A stretch of 64,000 nucleotides of DNA from positions 1-64,000 of IMG/VR virus record IMGVR_UViG_3300034082_001419, one strand, 5' to 3'. Position 1 is the first letter of the stretch. Each line of letters opens with the position of its first letter. Of this stretch, positions 30,601-37,292 are shown piece after piece. Under the pieces are notes generated by a model. It was given only the letters and a program-made list of their open reading frames with translations. It ran no database searches and had not been told where the DNA came from. The position numbers were made by a program, and so were the translations under genes. This DNA comes from a virus.

Positions 30601-31540
30601 TATCTTCTTCACCATATATATCTGTTACTCTTAGTTTATCAGAACCTTCAACATTTCTTACATCTCTTAAGAATTGATATACTGGCTTACCACCATTTTC
30701 TTTAGACAATATAGAACCTTCTTCATCAAAATGTAATGTGTTTCCATACTCATCTGATAAAACTAATACAACAATATCTTTAGCTTGAGTAACATTTGGT
30801 TTAGCAGTACCTTTATCTACCATACTATTACTTCTAATAATATGTGCAACAGTAGTTGGATCTAATGTCTCTTCACCATTAAGACTTGATAACATTTTAG
30901 GTCTAAGTTTAATAACTCTACCTCCATATGTTAATGGACTTAGTGCAGTATCCTGTTTACCTTCTAATCTTATTCTTCTTATTGTTTTATATATTCTAAA
31001 CTTGTTAGGGTCCTTTTTCTCTTTACCAAGTTTATCTTTATCATCAGGAGTTCTTGGCTCAAGTTCTTGCATAGTGGATGAAAAGGCATCACTTGCTTGC
31101 CATCTAAATGGATCATTGATAATCTCATCTAATTCTTCATCAGTAACAGTAGCAGGATCATTAATAATATTTTTTTGAATATCAATTTTAACCATTAAGT
31201 CTTCTATAGTAGCTGTTGGTCTAAAATAATTTAGTGTTTTAAGTAAACCGTTTTCAGTATCTCTAAACTCATCAATCAATTTTTGATTAGCATCTAAAGA
31301 AAAATCAAGACCTGTTAATGCATCTTGATCTCTAGCTTCTTTCATAAGAGTAGGTACAATTTGTAAAAAAGTAGATGCAACATTAACATCTTTTTTCTTT
31401 TGTATCTTCTCAAATAAATTAGTCATGAAAGGCTTAGGGTCAAAAGTAGTACCAGCTTCTTTTGCAAGTAACATCTCTTTATATATAGCCTTGTATAAGT
31501 TTTCAACTTGTGCTTCTTTTAAGGAACAGTTTAATTTCAT
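21617..31540 (-). CDS. Giant virion-packaged DNA-dependent RNA polymerase (crAss-like) with a zincin-like domain
   Basis: Catalytic loop RIPVQGLNSM...GADFDVDKL (about 24431-24570; DxDxD variant as in crAss-like RNAPs); HESWH motif at about 29000-29020. Confidence 0.85.
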   Translation of the reverse strand: MKLNCSLKEAQVENLYKAIYKEMLLAKEAGTTFDPKPFMTNLFEKIQKKKDVNVASTFLQIVPTLMKEARDQDALTGLDFSLDANQKLIDEFRDTENGLLKTLNYFRPTATIEDLMVKIDIQKNIINDPATVTDEELDEIINDPFRWQASDAFSSTMQELEPRTPDDKDKLGKEKKDPNKFRIYKTIRRIRLEGKQDTALSPLTYGGRVIKLRPKMLSSLNGEETLDPTTVAHIIRSNSMVDKGTAKPNVTQAKDIVVLVLSDEYGNTLHFDEEGSILSKENGGKPVYQFLRDVRNVEGSDKLRVTDIYGEEDRILSPTDLIERAANKVKMSVESWIKTQGTTYEKMLESVEKQQQEAFTELKTLRDKVRAGDKSILLDISGVSAGIADIFSIGESTTLESLLTEFKVPYQDMKIQILAGDKNSMAAVYIGDVFYKIDRPNLGKEYIEQIAAVLLDPKLSNRQKNDFYLQFSSNAITTQRRKLFVNYNETTDTLKILYRTNPDVSKTTEELILTDKNAEEIIIDSLLKETILDGGDKTFATNLNFNESLLTGEKPFYTYNITSKKLEAQSYRKFLYNLNLKITGTSEKAVTKKGETTNPYFIFQVSNDFIESLRQSEKEVNADVTSRIAIRKAELVAKLKVNDKLSGTILSGKSLTDATFLMTIDGVIIEGRYEKGISTKNIKSGDPLTFIVSDISPEITNIVSIYDSNNKKIGQVSETDYTAVKKEKTKEEKIENTVKADKEFTSPKDVITTEDNTGIDDLLSMLPRSSKLPNNVTQEEIDAAKEWWSTSPLSKLIKLEHIANIVNSDVYARFIIAGKRLEDTAIQLDTATGSSAVDLYHESWHAFSQLYLTKNEKTKLYAETRKRLNNYDLSPLEVEEILAEDFRDYAKDPKTIKDGPTRNSLFRKIWNFIKALFGKRNTKDELFEKLFFASKNPKLLNKYTPLVDNAMFNKLNRARGVVNTETKELVLNYQDSLKVSNQLDSALSVFIDQVYNKREEARVNNVKDAAGNLIKSNKSGTIYILANDKARAIAYKEVKKEFEKKLENFNAELDNTPDEDFNKRAVLNDKIRIINAALDNWDAALTFHKDNSTFDLIKQKYIEISEEEGELDSDVSAPENVDSSEAVSKNEVGEKSLLQLAEKETLYIIKSLFKQVDGNTVTGPLGFPELADFSKTWNIVTKVIGGEKDPSIMYDKLVAGAELYPELRQLINTKIPNPRTIDTIEEFNIKAAFWQDFKKTQLRYVQLTVDKDAETGGYKSEVTDASIEFKNIINKFKSDFNSSAETQYISKTDDNKSVLKIDKVVSEFPNVDTTQKQIAFANALGIDLQDLKSIKDELGNNTKKYGIPYLLDITKAIHKLQKDPKATKDQKEFINKFLANPVDALYGKIPEGIYKKVESEKTVMQNLARLQSKFGTNYASFSVLNAEKNLVNEFIEDNTVSLIVDAINTVSNGRDLWLEPKYKYMRYLNPTINGFTEQSQLLRSIFEAQEGTWDRRRNAKLDLVMVSGTQMVDTGDGANTTSLDVHSKYIQELNMMLKSGFQEFMRHASKSSSFGMKSSKLKLYVDIDQFAPNGNADQFAVDNIFLGYIQAELIRIQKIRSNRDEYKKYVGYNREIKSADGKTVIGMAGEFFTAFDNVLTDKTKNEIIDKVKDGNLIDYLESDPKLKEDITKQVTKYFNDQTYVNQKDFQKSKWIDPALHNKLKKFELSTEDEEQMLIKAHTMNAWIHNFETASLIYGDIVQYNHAKQEMHKRNTGSTSGGRGFMTDVYTQMFINSDLIASTSYGAKLATLSEFGPDYNVFNYNGTYNTTIAQDIKRNSIYVNHIEKALRDDYAKRGLAQSEIDKRLKKELKAYSGMEEGDGQGFITFDAYRTLKLTEKSWSADQERLFQDIVNNKPVKAEDITHFFPVYKLQHFGHLANTTLPVNAMHKFALMPLIPSVFKGSDLESLHHQMMKNNIQYFTFQTGSKVGSVTSQVDEDGKAAADKIYDDAGVEKTLKSDIQFTPNTIYLENLKNVTAVPDKYKSKTVFATQLRKLILEGLYEKGKIVNSDYTSYVKAYEKAVDDYTDILKKELLEEIGYEKVNGKYVSGDVSKFMDVVQRELERKEIPEHLIDYIQVGTNNKITKDLSLHLLSGDIEKMITSLVEKRIVKQKVKGEALVQVASAMSNGLWDSGFKFDKAQTAEIEKYLGSNNLPFYYPESIDLNNKYKDYSKEKLSETLKNKKEVLADQAKYYTDTNKNNLRIEIDYLEAIIDGKKPNVASVSGNTTAMKVAIALQGDFNNLLNLKHNDGEVIGTIVRLNDMIKNDEWLNKGNNRKAITMTAVRIPVQGLNSMEFMEVYHFLDPAAGNIIIPPSEIVAKSGADFDVDKLTTFMPNIDASGNYIESSIDTEALDKLIAEAKKKGDKADITRLIKLQKAALENRLIDSIRGILQLPDNYATLVRPNDTYLMKDIADDLVNLLPEYSRYKSISPTNVLEVGYNLHKHEANMVGKDVLGIIALENALNPLYTSLGAALPKTYKGLIKNKKTKKYEEDPNVNYEMRLLLSHNKMDDGRISLSGINSEDGQDKIADLISHLMNGSVDVEKDAWIFFIQANKEIVPMLLNLLKAGVPKREAIYFVSQPLVKEYANQQRLYDSAYANLIGKITGIDESAKYNALQATLRQTDISDIIYKANKDRIAKGLKEIIADPTDEFYHPLSNANYKDVALAATEGIDKFNLSELEDIVENNDMSSPMAIAAFLHYLEFEKQIKGIADLKRQSNPDTTTSKTIQEIMQKRLGLDMLAESSKVETDLVGKLRNQSILGSFFDNTLTEDLVEPLFPLTDDKRVSDYLLDYLKNNNVPAKFGEGAEGVTNFISSYKNALVNFIYQNKLNQIVTRGESYPGVPESLTSLDHQEFVTNFMSMLSENTHLKELYSVLEQITDVPVNIFDPVTKKFKSQISVLTLNNKAVVKGELASAYHQNLIDLADDNVIKVKDPVKNKEISDMFKTLPLMSILQNGVGNTKYGLSYVLPDTTYFEIVEPASRKFIQNGMNTATFNMIARMMIANDPNVNNYIVGPIATRPAQEETPVGEVLDYNYKIPYEKLKAVIPASKFNSLFIKIEDLLNNYRVSKDVLDTVLTESSDKMKDLILLVEKQFRDLNTIYGTPEFDLNRWEKNRKELSTLLHAELKKIYPNLPALEKIQTVAKRQAPVIEDVPDGQTSEVVVEKVEDRLISINQYTFTIKPDGKMFFANGDELTDKTIMNKVNIRKELQDGTLRMSNFNNSNYYILSDNTILGSGKTNLGKESVNNTETKQIILDRATPYKKSC

Positions 31541-31544
31541 AGTA

Positions 31545-34500
31545 TTAACAATCTAAATCATTTAATAAATCCTTGTAAATATCAGCTAATGTTTTATTAT
31601 CAGCTTTTGTTTGTGCTTTTGTTATAGCATCATCACTTTTAATAAAGTTTTTTACAACTTTACTTGACTCTGCTATTATGTTTTTATCTATTGCATCAAG
31701 CTTTTTATCTGCTTTTTCAGCAGTTTTTGCTTTCTCAATAGGTTTAGTAGTAATATGTTTATCTAACTCAGACAAAGATACGGTTTTTTGTCTTTTGTTA
31801 TATGTAAATACTATACCATCTTTTTCTTTATTATATCCTTTTACAGTAACTTCAGCACCTACATCAGCAAAAACATCATCTTCATTTTTACCAAAGATTG
31901 TATCTTTAACAATTACTTTATCACCACTTTTAAGTTCAAGTTGAGATACCTTTGTAACTGGTTTTTCTTCTTCAACAATTGTAGGTGTTTCTTCAGTAGC
32001 AGTTTCTTTTTTAGTAAACACCTCAATTGGAATACCTTCTTGAAGTATTTTTGTTAAGTCTTCTTTAGAAAGCTGTCTGTAGAATTCAGATTTATAACCA
32101 AGTATACCTAGTTTAGTTTTATCTTCATCACTTAATTTTACTTCAGTAGCTACTTTAAGACCAGGTTCAGCAATCTTAATTTTTTCATCAATTTTAGACT
32201 TAATCTTATTAAAGTCAGGATCAAGTTTGAAATACCACTTATCAAGACCAAGTAATTCTTTACGTGATGGCTGATTTACAGAAGAAATTTTATACTCTTT
32301 TGTATTTATTGTTATCTCAATAGGCATGATGTTTATTTCAGCATCAAGTCCTGTCATCTTTTTCAACAATCTAGCATAAGTATATTGTTGCAAAGTGTAG
32401 TCTTCAATTTTATTTAACCCTGATTCAGTTTTTTCTACAAAACCAGTCCATTTTTCTTGAGTACCAGTTTTAAAATCAATTATTTGTAATTTACCTTTTG
32501 CATCAATTAATAGTAAATCAATCTCACCAGCTATACCAGTTTCTTCATCAAATACTTTAATGTTATTAGCTAATACATATAATTCACCTGAATCTATTTT
32601 TTGTTTTAATGGTCTAATAAAACTATCTGCTCCAAATAATTCATCATAAGCTTCTCTAGAAATCTCTGACTCATCAAACTCTGGTACTTCACCAGGGGTA
32701 AAGAATTTTCTTAATTGGACATCTACATAGTTACCGGCTTTTCTAGTATATTCATATGCATTATCTGCTATGTATTTTTGTATTACAAGTAATAATTCTT
32801 TTTTATTTTTAAATGCTGTACCGTCTTCACTTACTAATAAATCATTTAAGTACTCTCTAAGATTATCTGATGATGAATTAACACCATCAATAGTATCTTT
32901 TGTATATCCAAATCTTGATTCTTTAGTTAAAGTAGCATCTAATTCATTTATAAAATCATCAATACTAATTTTATTAAAACCAATTTTATTAATTGTATCA
33001 TCAAATGCATTAGCAATTATAGTTCTACCATTATATTTAAATAAACTTGTTTTAAAGTCTTGTAAGAAATTAGTTACTCTTTTTAATTCAGTACCATTGA
33101 CCTCATAAAAATTCTCATTTTTCTTCTTAATCTTTTTCTGTTCAGCAATTAATTTTTCACCTAAAGTCTTAATGATCTCTTGTACTTCTGGAGTAAACTC
33201 TTTTTTCTTACGTGATGCAATTAATTTTTCAAACTTGTTGATTAAAGTAGAAATACTCTCTTTTTTAACCACCTCATTTTCAGCATCTCTTTGTAATTTT
33301 AATTGATCAGCTAATGCACTTAATTTTTCAGTAGCATATTTTGAAGTATTAACAGTTTTTTTACCAAGTTGAAAATCAAATTCATCAATCTCACCTGACT
33401 TTTCTTTATTAACTTCCTCTTCATTTTTTGTATTATAAGTATCAATGATATCTTTTGCAATAGGATTTTTTAATATAAAATTAGAAAACATTATCTCAAT
33501 GTCTTCATCTTCTAAATCTAGTGTATCAGTTGCTGATCCCTCTTCAGATTCATTATAGGCATCTTGTAATTGCTTATATAAATCTTTAGGTAATTGATCA
33601 AGAGGTGTATTAATAGAATATAATTTTAACTCATTGGTATCTTTATCAACATTATACTTAGCAATTACTTCTTGTTTAAGCTTGTTATATTTTTCATTAA
33701 TAACTTTTACTTGTTCTGGATCTGGTTTAAGTTCAAGTTTATAAGTAGTAAATTGAGAGAATGTAGCTTTAACATCTTTAATAGATATTATATCACCATT
33801 TTTATCATCATTTCTTAAACCTTCTTCAGAACTGTATAAAGTAATTATATTACCATTTTCAGCATCAGTAATATCTACAAATTCACCTAATGCAACTTCA
33901 ACAGCAACATCTTTGATTGTTAAACCATCTTTTTTAACTGTAGTACCTTTAGTTTTTACTACAATTGTTTCTAGTCCATCAATCTCACTTTTTTCAGCAG
34001 CATTGAGTTTATCAATTTGTATTTGTAACTTTTCATCAAGTGACTCTTTGGTTACATTATTTTCTCTTAATGTTTTTGCTTGGAATAATAAGAAGAATAA
34101 ACTTTTATATCTATCACTACCAATTGGAATAACTTGTTTAGTTGTCTCATCAAAAAACTCTTTAGGTGGTACACCATTTTCCATAAAGTCTTGAAACTGC
34201 TCAAGGTCAATGAAAACATTCATATCAGCTAATCTATTTAATATCTCATTATTTTCAAGTGCTGACATTTGTTTATTAACCATATCAACATAATAATCAG
34301 ATCTATTATTATATAGGTTAGTCATCCAAGTTTTAGTCTTATTAACATTATCCATGAATCCTTGTGGATCATGTAATAAATTAATTTGTTCAACAAGTCT
34401 TTTAGATTCTTTAGATAATTCATAATAGTCTTTAAGCGTTACAAAACTATCATCTATATCAGTATCAAATATATATGATGAATCAATACCATTTGTATTT

Positions 34501-37292
34501 TTTAAATAGTTTTTATATGATATTTCTAATTTAGAATCTAATAGTCTTTTACCTGTTTCTGCATCAAGTATGTGTTCAATTTCTGAATCTGTTAATTCTG
34601 CACCAAATGCTTCTTTAAATTGTGATTGATTTGCATTTAATATTTGTACTTTTTCTTCATCAGTTAAATTCTCAAGATTGTTTTTCTTTTTTATCTCCTC
34701 AAATACTGCTTCAGCAATTTTAACTTTAGGAGCTCTTGACTCATATTGATCATGTGCATCAGCAAATTCTTCAAGTGCAGCAACTCTTTTTTGTTTTTTA
34801 ATTAAGTCTGCTTTAGATCTTGAATCAGTTGCAAGTTTTAAACCTTCTATTTCTGAGTTAAGTAAATCTACTTCATTACCTATATTAGATGGATCCAATA
34901 TAAAATTCATGTCTAACTGAGACATGTTTTTCATTGAAGGGTTATTTAAAATACTACCAGAGATATCTGTCATTCTCTTAGTAGTATTCATAAATGCATG
35001 ATTATTAAAAACGTAAGCTTGTACCCCGTTTCTCCAAGCACTATGAAACATATCTGCATCTTCATATTCAGGAGTACCTTCTTTATAATTACTTAAATCA
35101 ACAGGATTCTGAAATCTGTCATTTGCATAATTAAAAGCTTTTTCTACTGAGTCAACATTAGCTAGTATACTATCAATTTTTTCTTGTTGATTAGCACCTG
35201 CACCTTTTTCAAAACCAAATGCCTCCTCATATTCTTCTTGAGTTAAGTCTTTAAATGATGCAATATGATCTTTAAAGTAGTTAAGTGTATCAGTATTTAA
35301 TGCTGTTGATACTTGAGTAACAAATGCTTTACTTAGTTCATCTTTTGCTTTTTTAGTATCTGCATCATCAGTATCTGTAACAACATTATTTTGTGTACCA
35401 TAATTAAATATTCTTGAGTTAAAGAATTGTGATGGGGTATTATATAATGCTGTTAACTGTGCAGCTACATCTTTACCATGTTTTTCTCTTGTTGTTTTAT
35501 ACTCTTGATATTTTTCTTTATTAAAAGTATTATTATATCCATAGTCTAAACCACCTTTTACAGCATTTAATCCTCCTGAAAAAATACCCATTAATAAACC
35601 AGAAGAAAATGTTTCAAAACCTTGAGCTGAGAATTGATTTTTTACACCATCATACATTAATGAACTAAGTCCTCTATTGTATAAGTGTGCTCCTAATTCT
35701 TTATTCTTATATGCATCCATATAATACTTCTCATTAGCTGCAGAAATTACATCTTGTAAACTTTCTTGTAAACCTTCTACTAAGTTACCTTTAAGATATT
35801 TACCTACTATTTTAGCAGAAGTTAATACTGGAGCTTTTTTAAATCCTTTAAGTGAATTTTTAAATGAGTCTTCAATATAATTAAATGTACCAGTAGCAAC
35901 CTTTTTACCTTCACCAAATGTTTTTTCAAGTACAACTTTACCACCTTTCATAGTGTATACATCATCAATCTTAGATTGTAATGCTCTTTTAGATACACCA
36001 GACTTTAATAAATTAGGAAGAACAACTTTATTTGATACAAGAATTAAAGCAGTATTCCACATCAATGTGTTCATACCTGCTTCTTTTGCAATTTTAGTCA
36101 TTCTGTATTGCTCATCATCATTTGGTGCTCTTTTATTCTTTAAATAAAATGCATCATAAGCTTTATCATATACAGCATTATCAGTCATACCACCTTCAAG
36201 ACGGGCTTCAGCTAATGCCATATTAATATTTCTTACATCTCTAAATAAACCTCCAGCAGTTTTACTTGTACTTTGTGCTAATCTAGCAAAGCCAGTTAAG
36301 TTATCAGCATTTTTACCAATACCAATAGCGGCATCAAATGTATTTTCAAATGGATTTAAAAACTTACCTATCTTACTTGCACCAATATTTTCTGCTGCTT
36401 TCCACATTTTTCTAGCACCATTGATATTATTTGCTTCTTTAAGTGTAGTATTAACAGCTTTATAACCATCCATTGCTAAGCCAATTGCATCACCAACTTT
36501 ACCAAGTTTTCTAGCATTATTTGCTGTAGCTGCAAATAAAGAACCACCACCAGTTAATGGAGCAAGTAACATTCCTGCACCTTCTTCTAATATTGACTCA
36601 GCAATAATACCTGCTGTATATGTAAAACTCATTGCAGTATTACTAAAGAATGCTCCCATTCCTTTTTTAGATGACTGTCCTATAGCTGCTGCATTCTCAT
36701 ATGCTCTTGCATCTTCAGTATCAGCACTAAAATCACCTTGCATCATTTTTACTAAACTCTTAGGACCAGCAACAAAACCTCTAGCAAATAATGGTACAAA
36801 TGAGTTTTTCATCATTCTTGTAAAGTCATCACCTACTGTAGTATGAGCATTGTACATTGCTTCATTATCTCTTAGTGGAGAGAAACCTATTTCATCAAAT
36901 TTCTTTTGACCATATGCAGCATATCTTTTATAAAAAGAGTTACCTGAAGGTCCAGCATTATAAGCATTTACTTTAGCATATTGATTTCTGTCTTTATTAG
37001 CAGCAATATGCATTTTAAAACTTTGACCAAGTGCATCACCTATTTCATCTGCAGATAACTTTTTTCTAGGATTTCTTGAACTTGGTATTCCTGGTGCATG
37101 ACCTGTTATTGCATCTTGAATAGGATAATTAGGATTAGTAGATGTTAATGGTGGAGTAACAGGAAAAAAATTTATTTTATTATCTTTTAATGTGTCACCT
37201 TCAAATGGAGATAAGCTTTTAGAATTAATAGCTGGTGCATTAATACGACCAAATTCTGGCCCTAGTGGATCTAATGAGTTATTGTTTTCCAT
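31545..37292 (-). CDS. Large virion protein with a C-terminal PD-(D/E)XK nuclease-like domain
   Basis: 1915 aa; GIAGEIDLLLIDAKGKLQIIDFKTG...QQYTYA motif. Confidence 0.6.
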   Translation of the reverse strand: MENNNSLDPLGPEFGRINAPAINSKSLSPFEGDTLKDNKINFFPVTPPLTSTNPNYPIQDAITGHAPGIPSSRNPRKKLSADEIGDALGQSFKMHIAANKDRNQYAKVNAYNAGPSGNSFYKRYAAYGQKKFDEIGFSPLRDNEAMYNAHTTVGDDFTRMMKNSFVPLFARGFVAGPKSLVKMMQGDFSADTEDARAYENAAAIGQSSKKGMGAFFSNTAMSFTYTAGIIAESILEEGAGMLLAPLTGGGSLFAATANNARKLGKVGDAIGLAMDGYKAVNTTLKEANNINGARKMWKAAENIGASKIGKFLNPFENTFDAAIGIGKNADNLTGFARLAQSTSKTAGGLFRDVRNINMALAEARLEGGMTDNAVYDKAYDAFYLKNKRAPNDDEQYRMTKIAKEAGMNTLMWNTALILVSNKVVLPNLLKSGVSKRALQSKIDDVYTMKGGKVVLEKTFGEGKKVATGTFNYIEDSFKNSLKGFKKAPVLTSAKIVGKYLKGNLVEGLQESLQDVISAANEKYYMDAYKNKELGAHLYNRGLSSLMYDGVKNQFSAQGFETFSSGLLMGIFSGGLNAVKGGLDYGYNNTFNKEKYQEYKTTREKHGKDVAAQLTALYNTPSQFFNSRIFNYGTQNNVVTDTDDADTKKAKDELSKAFVTQVSTALNTDTLNYFKDHIASFKDLTQEEYEEAFGFEKGAGANQQEKIDSILANVDSVEKAFNYANDRFQNPVDLSNYKEGTPEYEDADMFHSAWRNGVQAYVFNNHAFMNTTKRMTDISGSILNNPSMKNMSQLDMNFILDPSNIGNEVDLLNSEIEGLKLATDSRSKADLIKKQKRVAALEEFADAHDQYESRAPKVKIAEAVFEEIKKKNNLENLTDEEKVQILNANQSQFKEAFGAELTDSEIEHILDAETGKRLLDSKLEISYKNYLKNTNGIDSSYIFDTDIDDSFVTLKDYYELSKESKRLVEQINLLHDPQGFMDNVNKTKTWMTNLYNNRSDYYVDMVNKQMSALENNEILNRLADMNVFIDLEQFQDFMENGVPPKEFFDETTKQVIPIGSDRYKSLFFLLFQAKTLRENNVTKESLDEKLQIQIDKLNAAEKSEIDGLETIVVKTKGTTVKKDGLTIKDVAVEVALGEFVDITDAENGNIITLYSSEEGLRNDDKNGDIISIKDVKATFSQFTTYKLELKPDPEQVKVINEKYNKLKQEVIAKYNVDKDTNELKLYSINTPLDQLPKDLYKQLQDAYNESEEGSATDTLDLEDEDIEIMFSNFILKNPIAKDIIDTYNTKNEEEVNKEKSGEIDEFDFQLGKKTVNTSKYATEKLSALADQLKLQRDAENEVVKKESISTLINKFEKLIASRKKKEFTPEVQEIIKTLGEKLIAEQKKIKKKNENFYEVNGTELKRVTNFLQDFKTSLFKYNGRTIIANAFDDTINKIGFNKISIDDFINELDATLTKESRFGYTKDTIDGVNSSSDNLREYLNDLLVSEDGTAFKNKKELLLVIQKYIADNAYEYTRKAGNYVDVQLRKFFTPGEVPEFDESEISREAYDELFGADSFIRPLKQKIDSGELYVLANNIKVFDEETGIAGEIDLLLIDAKGKLQIIDFKTGTQEKWTGFVEKTESGLNKIEDYTLQQYTYARLLKKMTGLDAEINIMPIEITINTKEYKISSVNQPSRKELLGLDKWYFKLDPDFNKIKSKIDEKIKIAEPGLKVATEVKLSDEDKTKLGILGYKSEFYRQLSKEDLTKILQEGIPIEVFTKKETATEETPTIVEEEKPVTKVSQLELKSGDKVIVKDTIFGKNEDDVFADVGAEVTVKGYNKEKDGIVFTYNKRQKTVSLSELDKHITTKPIEKAKTAEKADKKLDAIDKNIIAESSKVVKNFIKSDDAITKAQTKADNKTLADIYKDLLNDLDC

